Origin: a virus | Length of the DNA: 64,000 bases | Strand: one strand, 5' to 3' | Virus record (IMG/VR): IMGVR_UViG_3300021479_000014 | Span: 16,610 to 80,609 of that record | Shown here: positions 1-10,423 of the stretch, one piece after another | How positions within the stretch are numbered: the first letter of the stretch is position 1 | Layout: the number at the start of each line of letters is the position of its first letter | Made by a program: the position numbers and the translations under genes | Notes under the pieces: model-generated | Database searches by the model: none | What the model was told of the DNA's origin: nothing | Seen by the model: only the letters and a program-made list of their open reading frames with translations

Positions 1-1427
1 TTCTTTGCTCCTGGTGCGCCACCAGCTCCTTCTTCAACAGGAGGCTTATATTTAGCCAATTTTTCGTAATCAAGTATAAGCGGAGATGGAAAAAGTACCT
101 TCAAATCGTTGAAATTGTCTGCTGCCCACTCGTAAATATCAGCTTTATTGTCATCATCAGAGACCGGAAGCAGAATTTCAAGCATAGAAAGTATGGCGCG
201 CAACTTAACGTTGGCAACTTTAATCTTTTCTGAGTCAGGTTCAGTCAAAAGTGATGGCCAAATCGCAATAAAGTGATTTGACCATTCGGTAAAAGCCTGA
301 TTGTAGCTCTTTTTCTTGTATTCGTCAGGAAAATCGTTTTGAACTGTTTCGTAAAAATCAATATTCCAAGCTCTATGTTGCACTATTCTAGTGAAAAAAT
401 TGTATAAACCCTGCATAGATTCACGTAATTTATCAATATAACGTGCTATCGCTTTGGCATCTTCCTCACCTTCAGCAAAGGCAACCGCTAATGTTTCAGA
501 ATTTACTAATTTTGCTGGCATACCTGCTGCTGCTGCTATATTTTCAAGTATGTTTTTTCGTGCTGTGCGTGATGAGTTGTCTATATTCTGTAAATTTAAT
601 GATTCGACCTCTTCGTCAATACCGATATTCATTACAGAGCCGGTCATTGCCTCCTTAAGCATACCACGCTTAATGCCAGCAATGCGCTGCATAACGTCAT
701 TTATGATAGAACCAGGCGCTTTTAGCTTTGCAATAATTACACCAGCTTTTTTCGTCACTAAATCATCAGTAATCATCGACTGTAAGAATGATTTAAGTGG
801 AAAAAGCGCGCGCTGATATACAGAGCGGCCAACATAACCCCAAGCTGAAGTAGTATAATCAAGATAAATTGGATCTTCATTCTGATAAATACTAGTTCTG
901 TTAAAATGATAAGATTGCCCTTGTACAGAAATGGTTAAAGGCTTCAAAAATGTTGGAGAATTTGGATTTTGATTTAAAACTAAGCTTCCTGCTGTATTTA
1001 ATGGATCAAAAACGTTGAAAGTAATTGGTTTATTGGCTAAACTTGCAAAATCTAATGGTTTTGTAGGATCTTCATTTGGAATCATTAACGCTACAGATGC
1101 AATTCCATAAATTCTTGCTAATCTTACCACATTTGCAATAATTCTATCAGCATCTATCTTTTGCCATTCATCTGTAAATGCTTTTCTAACGCGATCTTCT
1201 GGAGAACCAGGTATATTTATCTTTCTTCCTTGTGATTGCGCTAATTGTACTGGAACATCTACAAGTTTTGCACCATATGGATGATAAGAATAGATGAGTT
1301 TACATAGCTCATAGGACGCACTCGATCCCAGCTCTATGTTATCAGCCATCAAAATTTGCATCAAAGGGGTGCCTAGCGGCGAACCGCCAAACAATCCCCC
1401 TTGACTTTCTACGACAGCTTCTGCCAT
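1..1427 (-). CDS. Portal protein (DUF1073-like), truncated at the left window edge
   Basis: Not in the ORF track because it runs off the edge. Manual translation from ATG 1427 gives MAEAVVESQGGLFGGSPLGTPLMQIL...YELCKLIYSYHPYGAKLVD...ARIYG...FDPLNTAGS...GYVGRSVYQRA...MPAKLVNSET, open to base 1. It lies downstream of terL. Confidence 0.8.
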   Translation of the reverse strand, partial: MAEAVVESQGGLFGGSPLGTPLMQILMADNIELGSSASYELCKLIYSYHPYGAKLVDVPVQLAQSQGRKINIPGSPEDRVRKAFTDEWQKIDADRIIANVVRLARIYGIASVALMIPNEDPTKPLDFASLANKPITFNVFDPLNTAGSLVLNQNPNSPTFLKPLTISVQGQSYHFNRTSIYQNEDPIYLDYTTSAWGYVGRSVYQRALFPLKSFLQSMITDDLVTKKAGVIIAKLKAPGSIINDVMQRIAGIKRGMLKEAMTGSVMNIGIDEEVESLNLQNIDNSSRTARKNILENIAAAAGMPAKLVNSETLAVAFAEGEEDAKAIARYIDKLRESMQGLYNFFTRIVQHRAWNIDFYETVQNDFPDEYKKKSYNQAFTEWSNHFIAIWPSLLTEPDSEKIKVANVKLRAILSMLEILLPVSDDDNKADIYEWAADNFNDLKVLFPSPLILDYEKLAKYKPPVEEGAGGAPGAK

Positions 1428-1529
1428 TTTCTTCTTGTGCTGAAAAAAGATACGCGGAGGAGGCTGTCAGTCCCCCTTGCCAGTTCACAGAGTGTTAATT
1501 CACCCCGCCGCGCACCATCCCAGTATTAC

Positions 1530-2330
1530 TTACCGACGAGTGGGATCAACTTCCGGCGACCCACCTGGGCGCTGTGGCGGTCGACCACCAACTCCACCAG
1601 CCGGCGGGGTCGGACGACCAGGAGGAAGCGGTTGACCTGCCGTCGGAGGGCGAACGCCAGGACGACCAGGCGCCATCGGAGGTTGTGGATGTTCACCTTC
1701 GCCGCCTTCACCAGGAGGCTCGCCAGGTTCATTCGGAGGAAGCCCCTGATCAGGATGAACAGGAATTTCCAACACGACGTAACGATAACCGACGCCAGAA
1801 ATCAAAACAAGAACGAGCGTCTTGCCGGCTGGGATAGTTGGCGGAAGTGGCGGCCAAATTGTGCCAGGAGGCGGATCAACCGGAGGAAGTTCAGGTTCAC
1901 CAGGCTGCGGAGGCGCGATAGGATGCGTTGGATCGACAGGCCAAGCAGGAATATGGCCTTCATCCACACCGTAGTCTGGATCAACAGGACGCCCACCCCA
2001 ACCACCAGGAGGACGATGACCAGGTCGCTCAGGAAATTCTGGACGTTCCCAAGAACCCGGAGGACGATTGCCTGGACGACCAGGACGACCAGGAAGTCCC
2101 TGATCAGGATAGCCGCCGCCACCAACACCCCAATCCGGGTCAACAGGACGACCAGGACGCGACGGGAGATGACCAGGACGGTCGCCTACGCCACCCCAAC
2201 CCGGAAGATGACCAGGACGTTCGGGGCGCCCAGGAAGACCTTGGCCAGGTCTGCCACCTTCATCAATACCGTAGTCAGGATCCACCGGACGGCCCTCCCT
2301 ATCGAGGAACTGAATATATGCAAAGGGCAT
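1530..2330 (-). CDS. Pro/Gly-rich repeat protein (PVDPDYG / PDQGLPGRP / RPGHLP repeats)
   Basis: Good SD (ggag) upstream, co-oriented with the late operon, repetitive low-complexity sequence, locally GC-rich. Confidence 0.75.
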   Translation of the reverse strand: MPFAYIQFLDREGRPVDPDYGIDEGGRPGQGLPGRPERPGHLPGWGGVGDRPGHLPSRPGRPVDPDWGVGGGGYPDQGLPGRPGRPGNRPPGSWERPEFPERPGHRPPGGWGGRPVDPDYGVDEGHIPAWPVDPTHPIAPPQPGEPELPPVDPPPGTIWPPLPPTIPAGKTLVLVLISGVGYRYVVLEIPVHPDQGLPPNEPGEPPGEGGEGEHPQPPMAPGRPGVRPPTAGQPLPPGRPTPPAGGVGGRPPQRPGGSPEVDPTRR

Positions 2331-2489
2331 TCATCTTCTCCATTTGGTTTCTGTTGTTAGTCTGGATCTTCAAACACATAGTGTCCCAGACAAAAGTGCA
2401 GGGTGGTATCTGATCGACGGGAGAGCCGAGACGCACTCAATTGTCGCTAGTTGGGAGGTCTTCACGACAATTTATTACCCTGCTGAAGC

Positions 2490-2699
2490 TTAAAACTGCC
2501 GACCTGTCCTAAAATGATGTTCTTCACTACTAGGCGGTTCGGACTTCTTTGGTGGTTCTGGTTTCTTTTCTGGCTCAGATTTCTTTGGTGGCTCAGATTT
2601 TTTATTCGCTTGCTCATTTTGATAATGAGTAGAATAAGAAATAGCTTTTCTGAGCGCAGGTTGTTGCGCCACAAATCGCTTCCTCTGCTCAAAGTTCAT
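2490..2699 (-). CDS. Small hypothetical protein with KKSEPP repeats
   Basis: ATGA overlap with the upstream ORF 2696..2911. Confidence 0.55.
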   Translation of the reverse strand: MNFEQRKRFVAQQPALRKAISYSTHYQNEQANKKSEPPKKSEPEKKPEPPKKSEPPSSEEHHFRTGRQF

Positions 2700-2911
2700 A
2701 GCTTCAGATCCTTTTTAAGCTGTTGCCAAAACTCTTCGCGTTTACCTTCAGCTCTGATCTTCTTAATTTCAATATCCCTAATTATTATATCAAAGTAACC
2801 ATCTGGTGCAATAGAAGCAAGATCATCTATTAACCATAACGCACGATCATAATCATGATAGCCTAAAGCTATTATGTGTTCTTCCCATACTCTTTTAAGA
2901 CGATCTATCAC
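2696..2911 (-). CDS. Hypothetical protein
   Basis: Overlap-coupled to both neighbours in the late operon. Confidence 0.55.
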   Translation of the reverse strand: MIDRLKRVWEEHIIALGYHDYDRALWLIDDLASIAPDGYFDIIIRDIEIKKIRAEGKREEFWQQLKKDLKL

Positions 2912-3693
2912 ACTGGTCCTAAATCTTCAAGAACTGCCTGCCAAGCATATTTTGATGATCCTGGTGATTGAGGATGATCCATAGTATTACAAAATGGCAG
3001 AAGAACAGGACCATTAAAAGCAGTAACTGGATGAACTGAAATCACAATCTCCTTATCTCCACCATTTATAACTGTAACAAATTCAATAGGACTTGCACCA
3101 ATATAAGGAACAGATAGTGGAGGATCAACACCACCAGTAAATCCTGGTGATTCAGCTTTACCCGTATATTGATTAGGACCAGAAAACATTAAAAAATTAT
3201 CATTAGGCGGACAATTCCCCATAGCTGTACTTTTATTGCATCTAGCATCAATTATGACTTCTCCATTACTCCCAACAATAATCTGCCCGCTCAAATTTTG
3301 ATATGCTAAACCAAATCTATTTATCCAAGCATTAGAAAAAATTGGCGTTCCAGGAGGTAAACCAGTAAATTTAATTTTACCTTTAGCTTGTGTATTGATA
3401 TCTTTATATGTATCATTAAAATAATTTGTTGGGACAGGTATAACCAAACCAAGTGCTTTAAAATAAATAGGTATTTCAAGAGTAGACATTCTTGGTATAG
3501 GAGATCCGCCTGGATAAGAAGGTGGTCTTTCTGGTTGAGAAGGAGGTGACAAAATACCCCCAGACAAACTAAGTCTAATTAGACGATTTCCAGAATCAAG
3601 AGTTGCTGGAAATCTAAATACCTCAGTATCTACATCAACAGGTGCATTTAAAATACCATTTAATACAACAGAAGCTATAAGTTCAACAGACAT
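2908..3693 (-). CDS. Hypothetical protein, possibly virion-associated
   Basis: 261 aa with SD aggag, directly after terL. Confidence 0.6.
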   Translation of the reverse strand: MSVELIASVVLNGILNAPVDVDTEVFRFPATLDSGNRLIRLSLSGGILSPPSQPERPPSYPGGSPIPRMSTLEIPIYFKALGLVIPVPTNYFNDTYKDINTQAKGKIKFTGLPPGTPIFSNAWINRFGLAYQNLSGQIIVGSNGEVIIDARCNKSTAMGNCPPNDNFLMFSGPNQYTGKAESPGFTGGVDPPLSVPYIGASPIEFVTVINGGDKEIVISVHPVTAFNGPVLLPFCNTMDHPQSPGSSKYAWQAVLEDLGPV

Positions 3694-3702
3694 TTTATTC
3701 TC

Positions 3703-5214
3703 CTACCACAAATCCGGATCACCTAGTGCGCTACAAACACCATAACAGAACGCATCTACTAAGTCATCTTCTTGATCTGGTACGCCAACATTGAAAGTAT
3801 GAACCTGCTTAATCAAATGATTCGCGTGACGTTGTTTAAAATCAACAGTCTTACGATAGGCAAGTTCTGAATATTTTACTTTGCCAACGGAAACGTAGCC
3901 ACTAGCGTTAAGAGCACGCGGCTGTTTGCCAAGTTGTACCAACTTAGCGTCAATACCAGTTGCCAAAAGGTTGCGTCGATTACATTGTTGCAAAAGGACA
4001 ATGCCAGAGCCCTTTTCTTCAATTAATGTACCGATTGACCCTCGCCGCGGGTGACACTCTCTAGCAAATTCTTCAAGTCTCAAATAAACATTTGGAATCC
4101 AATCTATCAATAAATCAGAAGGAACCTGCAATATATCATAATCTAAAATTGTTAAAGGACGATCTTGAATGTATTGATTTAATGCCCAATATATTACGGC
4201 TGTTGCGTCATGTTTTGCATCAGCTTTAATGCCAGTATCAATAGTGGCAAAGACGCAATCACACCACTCAGGAAAGTTGACAGGAGATCCGTCAACAAGT
4301 AAGTCCTTTTCGAGGAAAAACGTACCACCAGGCGGCTGCGGATTTTGTTGATAGAGAGACTCAAAATCTCGAATCCCAACGATTGTGCGTTTTCGTTCAA
4401 GAGCAGCAGCATCTTCCCAAGATGGCCAGAGCGCCTCACCTACGCCGCGCCCCAAAGGATCATCTGCCACTGCAAAAGCCGGAAGGCATATAACTGTCCA
4501 TTGATCTCCACCCTTCTCCATTTCATGGAGAAGCATTCCACCTAAATCTTCCAAATGCCATCTTGTTTGAATCAAAATAATTCTAGCATCAGGTTTAAGT
4601 CTTGTAACCAAATCACTTTTGTACCATTCATACGTTTTCGCCCTAACGGTTTCTGACTCAGCATCTTCTCGTGATTTAACAGGATCATCAATGATTGCGA
4701 GATCAGCTCTTCGTCCTGTAATAGCCCCACCGACGCCCGCCGCAAAGTACTCACCGCCGTTCGTAGTTTCCCATCTTGAAGCGGCCCTATTTGATTCATC
4801 TAAAGAATATCCTAAAGTGGATGCTTTCAATAATATCTTGTTGCGCACCCTGCGGCCAAAACGTTCCGCAAGTTCACCTGTATGTGAGCAACCTATCACG
4901 CTTGAGCGTGGAAATTGTTTAAACCAAAATGGAGGAAGTAGTTCGCTGGTATAAGTAGATTTGGCGCTCCCAGGAGGAGCAAATATCATCAAACGATCTA
5001 TTTCGCCAGATACTACTTTTTCTAACGCTTTGATAATAAGTCTATGGTGCGCTGCTGGTTTGAAACCAAAATCACCAACACACTCTGAACACCACGCCAA
5101 TAAATTAGTTTGACATTTACGGCGCCAAGCAGCAGTCCTAAGCTTAAAAACCTGAGCACGACGGATACGATCGAACTGGGATGGATGCTGCGGTGGCTCA
5201 AATCCCATGCTCAT
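3703..5214 (-). CDS. terL: Terminase large subunit
   Basis: Walker A-like APPGSAKS, GAITGRRADLAIIDDPVK (Walker B), TRWH, LYQQNP, and C-terminal nuclease acidic residues (IDTG...DDLVDA). Confidence 0.93.
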   Translation of the reverse strand: MSMGFEPPQHPSQFDRIRRAQVFKLRTAAWRRKCQTNLLAWCSECVGDFGFKPAAHHRLIIKALEKVVSGEIDRLMIFAPPGSAKSTYTSELLPPFWFKQFPRSSVIGCSHTGELAERFGRRVRNKILLKASTLGYSLDESNRAASRWETTNGGEYFAAGVGGAITGRRADLAIIDDPVKSREDAESETVRAKTYEWYKSDLVTRLKPDARIILIQTRWHLEDLGGMLLHEMEKGGDQWTVICLPAFAVADDPLGRGVGEALWPSWEDAAALERKRTIVGIRDFESLYQQNPQPPGGTFFLEKDLLVDGSPVNFPEWCDCVFATIDTGIKADAKHDATAVIYWALNQYIQDRPLTILDYDILQVPSDLLIDWIPNVYLRLEEFARECHPRRGSIGTLIEEKGSGIVLLQQCNRRNLLATGIDAKLVQLGKQPRALNASGYVSVGKVKYSELAYRKTVDFKQRHANHLIKQVHTFNVGVPDQEDDLVDAFCYGVCSALGDPDLW

Positions 5215-5409
5215 TTAATATAACTTTTCACGTACCTTTGCGAACTTTCCACCCATACCATTGGCACGTAATATTAAACTAACTGTCCCTTGAGAAATTC
5301 CAACTTCAGCCGAAATCTCACCCTGCGTCATTTTCTGAGAGCGCAGTTCTTTAATTCGATGGACCATACGTTGGTCAACTTTTAAAGGTGATCCTCTTCG
5401 ATCTCTCAT
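5215..5409 (-). CDS. Small HTH DNA-binding protein
   Basis: MTQGEISAEVGISQGTVSLIL HTH pattern, abutting terL. Confidence 0.7.
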   Translation of the reverse strand: MRDRRGSPLKVDQRMVHRIKELRSQKMTQGEISAEVGISQGTVSLILRANGMGGKFAKVREKLY

Positions 5410-5740
5410 AATTAGCCAACTGTACCAACTTTGTGACGGTTTCCCATCCCAATTAAAAAGTCAAAATACACCAAATGATAAATGGAAAATTTCCTCCTTC
5501 TATGATCCCTGGACCCCTCTGGGCTGGGGGCACGTTAAAAAAGGGGTCCAGGTTATTAAAATCTCAGCTAGAGGGGGATCATTGCTGAGATAGCGGCCTT
5601 GTGTTCTCACCAGCTCGGTTGCAGGAAATCACACTGGCGAGCCTTCAATGATCCGCTTAAATTACGGCGAAACTAAGGCGCGCAAGGGTAAAACTACGTG
5701 GACGATACATTAAATTTTGTTAATGTTTACAATGTAAGCG

Positions 5741-5769
5741 TAGACTTCATCTCTCAGTTGTGCTATAGT
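5741..5769 (+). promoter_or_regulatory. Sigma70-type promoter for the NusG paralogue
   Basis: TAGACT-N17-TATAGT with a TG extension. Confidence 0.55.
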
Positions 5770-5803
5770 GTACGAAAGGGAACACAGAGGGCTGGAGCAT
5801 CAA

Positions 5804-6331
5804 GTGCAAGATCTCTTCGATCAGCAATCAGTAAATGATTTCCATTGGATTGTAGCAGTCTTCGCCAATACTGGTGCCGTAGATGTCATTAGAAAAGCTA
5901 ATGAAGTTCCTCTCAAAACATTTTATCCAATACGTTTTAATGGACGTGGAGAGCCAATACCTATGTGGCGCCACTATTTATTCATCGAATTTCGCCAATT
6001 TATAACAGCTGAGATTTGTCGTAGTACAAAGAAGTTCATAAAAGTTTTGAGTATGAGAGATAAATTTGGCATAGAATATCCAGTAATGGTACGCAAGAAT
6101 GCCATTGATGAACATATGAGATTATTGTTATCTGGTAAATTTAATGAAAAATTACGTATGAGAAGATTTTATGGTAAGGGTTCATTTGTTAGAGTAATTG
6201 AAGGAACATTTATTGATAAACGTGTAAGATTGGATATGGACATTACACCAGATATGCCAGGTACTAAGAAAGTTTTGGTAGACATTAATGGGTTCAAAGG
6301 TTCAATAGAACTATGGAAGTTAAGCTTATGA
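5804..6331 (+). CDS. nusG: NusG-family transcription antitermination factor (NGN+KOW paralogue)
   Basis: TFYP...PMWRHYLFIEF...FIKVL (NGN) and KGSFVRVIEGTF (KOW). Start moved to GTG 5804 after SD ggag; the track ORF is 5768..6331. Confidence 0.8.
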   Translation: MQDLFDQQSVNDFHWIVAVFANTGAVDVIRKANEVPLKTFYPIRFNGRGEPIPMWRHYLFIEFRQFITAEICRSTKKFIKVLSMRDKFGIEYPVMVRKNAIDEHMRLLLSGKFNEKLRMRRFYGKGSFVRVIEGTFIDKRVRLDMDITPDMPGTKKVLVDINGFKGSIELWKLSL

Positions 6332-6486
6332 ACGATGATGAAGACGAACATTATAACGATTATGATGAAGGATACTTTCCTCCATCTAAATATCCTTGGA
6401 GGGAATTATTTACGTTTATATTATTTCTATCAATTTTCCTAGCAGGACTATGGTGGTTAATATGGAAGATATATGAATGGGTCTAA
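6328..6486 (+). CDS. Small membrane protein (not in track)
   Basis: ATGA-coupled to nusG; acidic N-terminus followed by a hydrophobic helix, LFTFILFLSIFLAGLWWLIW. Confidence 0.55.
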   Translation: MNDDEDEHYNDYDEGYFPPSKYPWRELFTFILFLSIFLAGLWWLIWKIYEWV

Positions 6487-6698
6487 GAGTAAAAATCATG
6501 TCAATGGCTGGAGAGCATAGAAAATGGACGCTGCTATCATAGAAAATTTGGTACAAGAAACTGTGTTTACAATATCTCCTCACAAACTAAAGATCGCAAC
6601 AGATGAAGCACTAAGAGTAATGATTAATAGCGGTGTATTCTATCCACGAGAAATAGCTGAAAACATCGCCTACGCTGTACTCAGAATCGTACACCAGA

Positions 6699-6974
6699 AT
6701 GGAGGTTTCATTGACTAAAGATGAAGACTTCCCTCGAATGAGCGAACCATATGTCATAGCGTGTCTGCGAATATATGGCGCTGCACCAACAGAATCACTA
6801 GTGGGATGGTGCGGTAGATGCGGACATGATATATGGATCGCTAAAAGCACTCCTCAGATCAAAAACGCAAAATACATATGTCTCAATTGTGTTAACTGGA
6901 GTGAGGTTGATGATATTGAAGCGCCAACTCCAGAACAAATTGAAGATGTACTGAGACATAGGAAGAGACAATGA
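6699..6974 (+). CDS. Zn-ribbon protein
   Basis: CGRC...CLNC. Confidence 0.55.
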   Translation: MEVSLTKDEDFPRMSEPYVIACLRIYGAAPTESLVGWCGRCGHDIWIAKSTPQIKNAKYICLNCVNWSEVDDIEAPTPEQIEDVLRHRKRQ

Positions 6975-7465
6975 AACTAGAAAATATTACTAGTGAAGGT
7001 GATTTGCGCAATTGGCTCACAGATCAGATCTTCGAGTGCGAAGGCCGATTAGGATTGGAATGGATAGAACCTGCCAAGTTCGGTTCCACTATTGGCGCAC
7101 CAGACTGTAAAATCAAATATGGTATTAGCTCCATAGGTCTTGAGCTAAAATATTTAATCAGTACAAAGAAAGGCATAAAATGGGCGGTAAGACCTGCCCA
7201 ACGACGCTATCATCACATGCTTGCTTTTCATGGTGGTCGTAGTGCGCTTATGGCTTTCATTGCCGCCAAACAAGAATTGTATTTAGTGCGAGGTGACCAT
7301 ATTCCATTGAGAGATTATGCTTCTGATCCTCAATCTGGATGCGCCAATAGATTAGTTAAAATGACACACTTAGACTTTATGAGTATTGATAGAGATCGCC
7401 AAGCTATGTTCGCTCTTGAAGATAATTTGTTTCAAGACGAGTTTTGGGAGAAGAGCAATGGTTAA
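6971..7465 (+). CDS. VRR-NUC / PD-(D/E)xK nuclease (Holliday-junction-resolvase-like)
   Basis: GAPD...GLELK...VRPAQ..YH motif. Confidence 0.7.
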   Translation: MKLENITSEGDLRNWLTDQIFECEGRLGLEWIEPAKFGSTIGAPDCKIKYGISSIGLELKYLISTKKGIKWAVRPAQRRYHHMLAFHGGRSALMAFIAAKQELYLVRGDHIPLRDYASDPQSGCANRLVKMTHLDFMSIDRDRQAMFALEDNLFQDEFWEKSNG

Positions 7466-7700
7466 GATGGTACCGCCACAATACAAAAAGGGAGGATTAC
7501 ATGGGCCACCTAATGATAGAATATTTCATCACTTTGTTGGTCAAGCAGTACAAAAAATCAAAGGCTACAAATATCCAGGTATCATCTTAGTTGCATTCAA
7601 AACATTAGATGGAAAGGCACGCTATGTCGTTGAAGCTGATCATCCTGATTTTCGCGGTATGCTTCATATTTTCTCTGATGCGGACATTGAGGAACGGTAA
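7458..7700 (+). CDS. SH3-like protein resembling the R67/DfrB fold
   Basis: VGQAVQKIKGYKYPGII...YVVEAD...GMLHIFSDADIE parallels the DfrB pattern GDRVRKKSG..WQGQI...YAVESE..GSVQIYP..LE. Confidence 0.45.
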   Translation: MVKMVPPQYKKGGLHGPPNDRIFHHFVGQAVQKIKGYKYPGIILVAFKTLDGKARYVVEADHPDFRGMLHIFSDADIEER

Positions 7701-9991
7701 TGAAATGTGAAAACTGCCATGGCAAAGGAAATATTTGGTCACAATTAACTCAAGAATATCTACTTTGCATGGAGTGTAATGGTAGTGGCATAACATCATG
7801 TTGTGAAGGAAATCCAAATATGACTGAGCAGCGCCCAATGTATGAGTGTGACGTTGAACTTTATACATGTCCATACTGTAAAGAAGATGTGGTAGTATAT
7901 GTCGAACTAGATGGCACAGGAATCATTTCACACGAGAGCTATGATCTCATTGCCAATTGGGTGTATCATTCCAAATGTTGGGATGAACAGATGCGTAAAT
8001 TTCCACCTGGAGGAACCAATGTCGAATGATCCACTAAAAGAACTCCAAGAATATAATGCGCGGCGTGATGCTTTATTCCGCAACCCAACTACAGAAGGTG
8101 CTGTGGCGCTCCTAAAGGAAACGGGCGTTACTCAATTTGACAGAGAAGATGTGCCATTGGCCACAGTCCACAAAGCAAGATTGCAATGGCTTGGCGCCAC
8201 AAACGAAATGATAACAGAGAGCATTGTGTGGCTAAAAGAACATGGCTATCTAACTACTTTTAAAGGAGCGCCACCACTCACACCTGAACAACGTGACGCA
8301 GATCGCGTGTCAATAGGAAAGAAACCATTGGGAGAAGAATGATGGAAGTATCAGAAATGTCTGATGATGAACTCATGAGATATGCCGCACAATATAATTT
8401 AGAATTACGTCGTGGCAGAGAATTATTGAAGGAAGGTGACGATATCATCAAAGCGAACATTAACCTATATGTGGCATGCCAAAATGAATTAATGTCTCGA
8501 ATGACCAATCGTATTGAACAAGAAACAAACAAGTTGGGAGAAGAATGATGGGAGAAGCCAAACGAAGAGGAATAATAGTCAATACTACCAGGCTAAGTTA
8601 TATTTGTGATTGTCTAAATTGTGGAGTAGAAATTGACGCTGCTACAAGCGTTGGCCATAAACATTTACCAAAACCAGGAGCCATTGCCATTTGTATAGTG
8701 TGTAGTCATATTATGGCTTATGATAAAAATCTACACTTGCGAGAACTTACAGATGATGAAATTCTAGCCATTGCGGGTAGACCAGAAATCATCTTCCTCA
8801 TCAACGGCCTAGGTGGCGCCAAAGCAAAATGGGAGAGTGAACATGGTAAAGGAACGTGGGGTCAAAAAGCCAGGGAGAGGCTCGCGCAAGTTCGAGCATC
8901 CAGGGCTCAGATTCAATAAACTCAAAGGAGAGTTGAATAAAAATGAATATGAGTGCGCTGCATGTCACGAAGTGTTCATTGCTGCGATAAGTGATGAACA
9001 AGCCATAGCAGAAGCAGCGGAGAATTTCCCAACAGTACCGATTGAGGAAACTTCAATCGTGTGCGAGGACTGCTTTCAAAAGATGATGGCAGACGTAGCT
9101 GCGCACCCATGGGCATACCCACCACTCCCACCGGAGAAAAAGTGATGCGGATCGACATATTATGGATCATAGCTGTCATGTTTATGGTGGCCTATGGTGG
9201 CCAAATCATCATCAATCTACTGGGGTTAAAATAATGGTCAATTATGATAAGTTCAAACGTCCAGGCAGCGGAGTAGCGCCAAAGCCGCTTGATAAGACTG
9301 AGCTTGAGATCGTAAGAGCAGACATGAAGTATCTCATTGAGAAAGAAAAAGAGAATGGTGATTGGGCCAAATGGTTAGAATCACAAAAACCATTTGGAGC
9401 ATATACAATCCCACTCAACTTCGTTGAAGTTGATCTAAGTATACAGGTCACGATCCTCGATGCTCATGGCAATCCGGTAGTTGTGGCTGGCCCAACTCCC
9501 ATCTTCCAAGCCATATCAGAAGAAATTCAACGCCGTGCCCATATCAATCATGACCCCAATCTTGACCCAATGGCTCCTCTTCTAAGGCCAGGCAGCATCA
9601 CCGCAGAAATATTCACATTCTATGTTGGTCGCGCCCCAGAGAATGATGATCTTCTTCGGTGTAATTGTGAACTAGCAGGACAGTGGGGCCATATTGGATG
9701 TGGTTGGTGCAATCTGTGCGTGAAGCCAAAATTCATGTGCCATGGCCATCCGCGAATGCCACGACCTGGAGATGCTCTATGGTAGATGATGCGCAACATG
9801 ATGACCATATTTGGGTGACCGTGAGAGGTGAATCTTGGGCTATAGCTGAGATCTACAAAAGTTGGATATGGTTATGGAGAGGTTATTGGCCAAACATGGA
9901 AGTTGCGCTCCTAGATACAAATGGCATTGACTGGGTTGGATATTGTGATAGGGCTGTCTTTATGATGTATGGTGATACTATTGTGTGGTAA
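7700..9991 (+). CDS. Run of small, tightly coupled hypothetical ORFs, many Cys-rich Zn-ribbons (7700-8029, 8019-8342, 8339-8548, 8545-8919, ~8934-9145, ~9234-9785, ~9779-9991)
   Basis: Overlapping start/stop codons, SD sequences and repeated CxxC pairs. Confidence 0.55.
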
Positions 9992-10332
9992 TTTTACTGG
10001 TGAAGGTTGTAGAATTATGGTTCGTGGATTTTTGACGCTAGTGCAGAGACGGTGGCCACCAAGTGGTGGGCGCAAACAGGTGAATTTCTGATTCTCCGAA
10101 AGCGTCTCCGACGCTTCTGGCTATCCCTAGATCGTCTAGGAAGCTCTAGGAGCTGGGGCTTTTTCTAGGGGCACGGACATAGCGGGCAACGACCGAGGGC
10201 TGATGGACGGCCTTCCTAATGCGTTTAAACGCATATCGCCAAGGTTAGGCGACAATCGTCGCCGAGGGCGACTGGCCCTATTTATTAGATGCCCATAGAT
10301 GTTTTTTAGGGGCAAAACCATTAAAATAATTC

Positions 10333-10361
10333 TAGACTTTCCTACGCGGTAGGAGTAGCTT
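10333..10361 (+). promoter_or_regulatory. Sigma70-type promoter with a palindromic spacer
   Basis: TAGACT-ttcctacgcggtaggag-TAGCTT. Confidence 0.5.
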
Positions 10362-10423
10362 GTTTCTTGTCGGACGGCGATGTCGCCCTCCGCTAAAACG
10401 CCCCGAGCGGGCAGGAGAGAAAA

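Noticed and set aside
443-816. Plus-strand ORFs in the track
   Set aside because: Antisense to the portal gene, which the track missed because it runs off the edge.
1401-2413. Long plus-strand ORFs (1401-2360, 1574-1837, 1928-2413)
   Set aside because: Shadow frames of the GC-rich repetitive minus-strand gene 1530-2330, with no SD and implausible composition.
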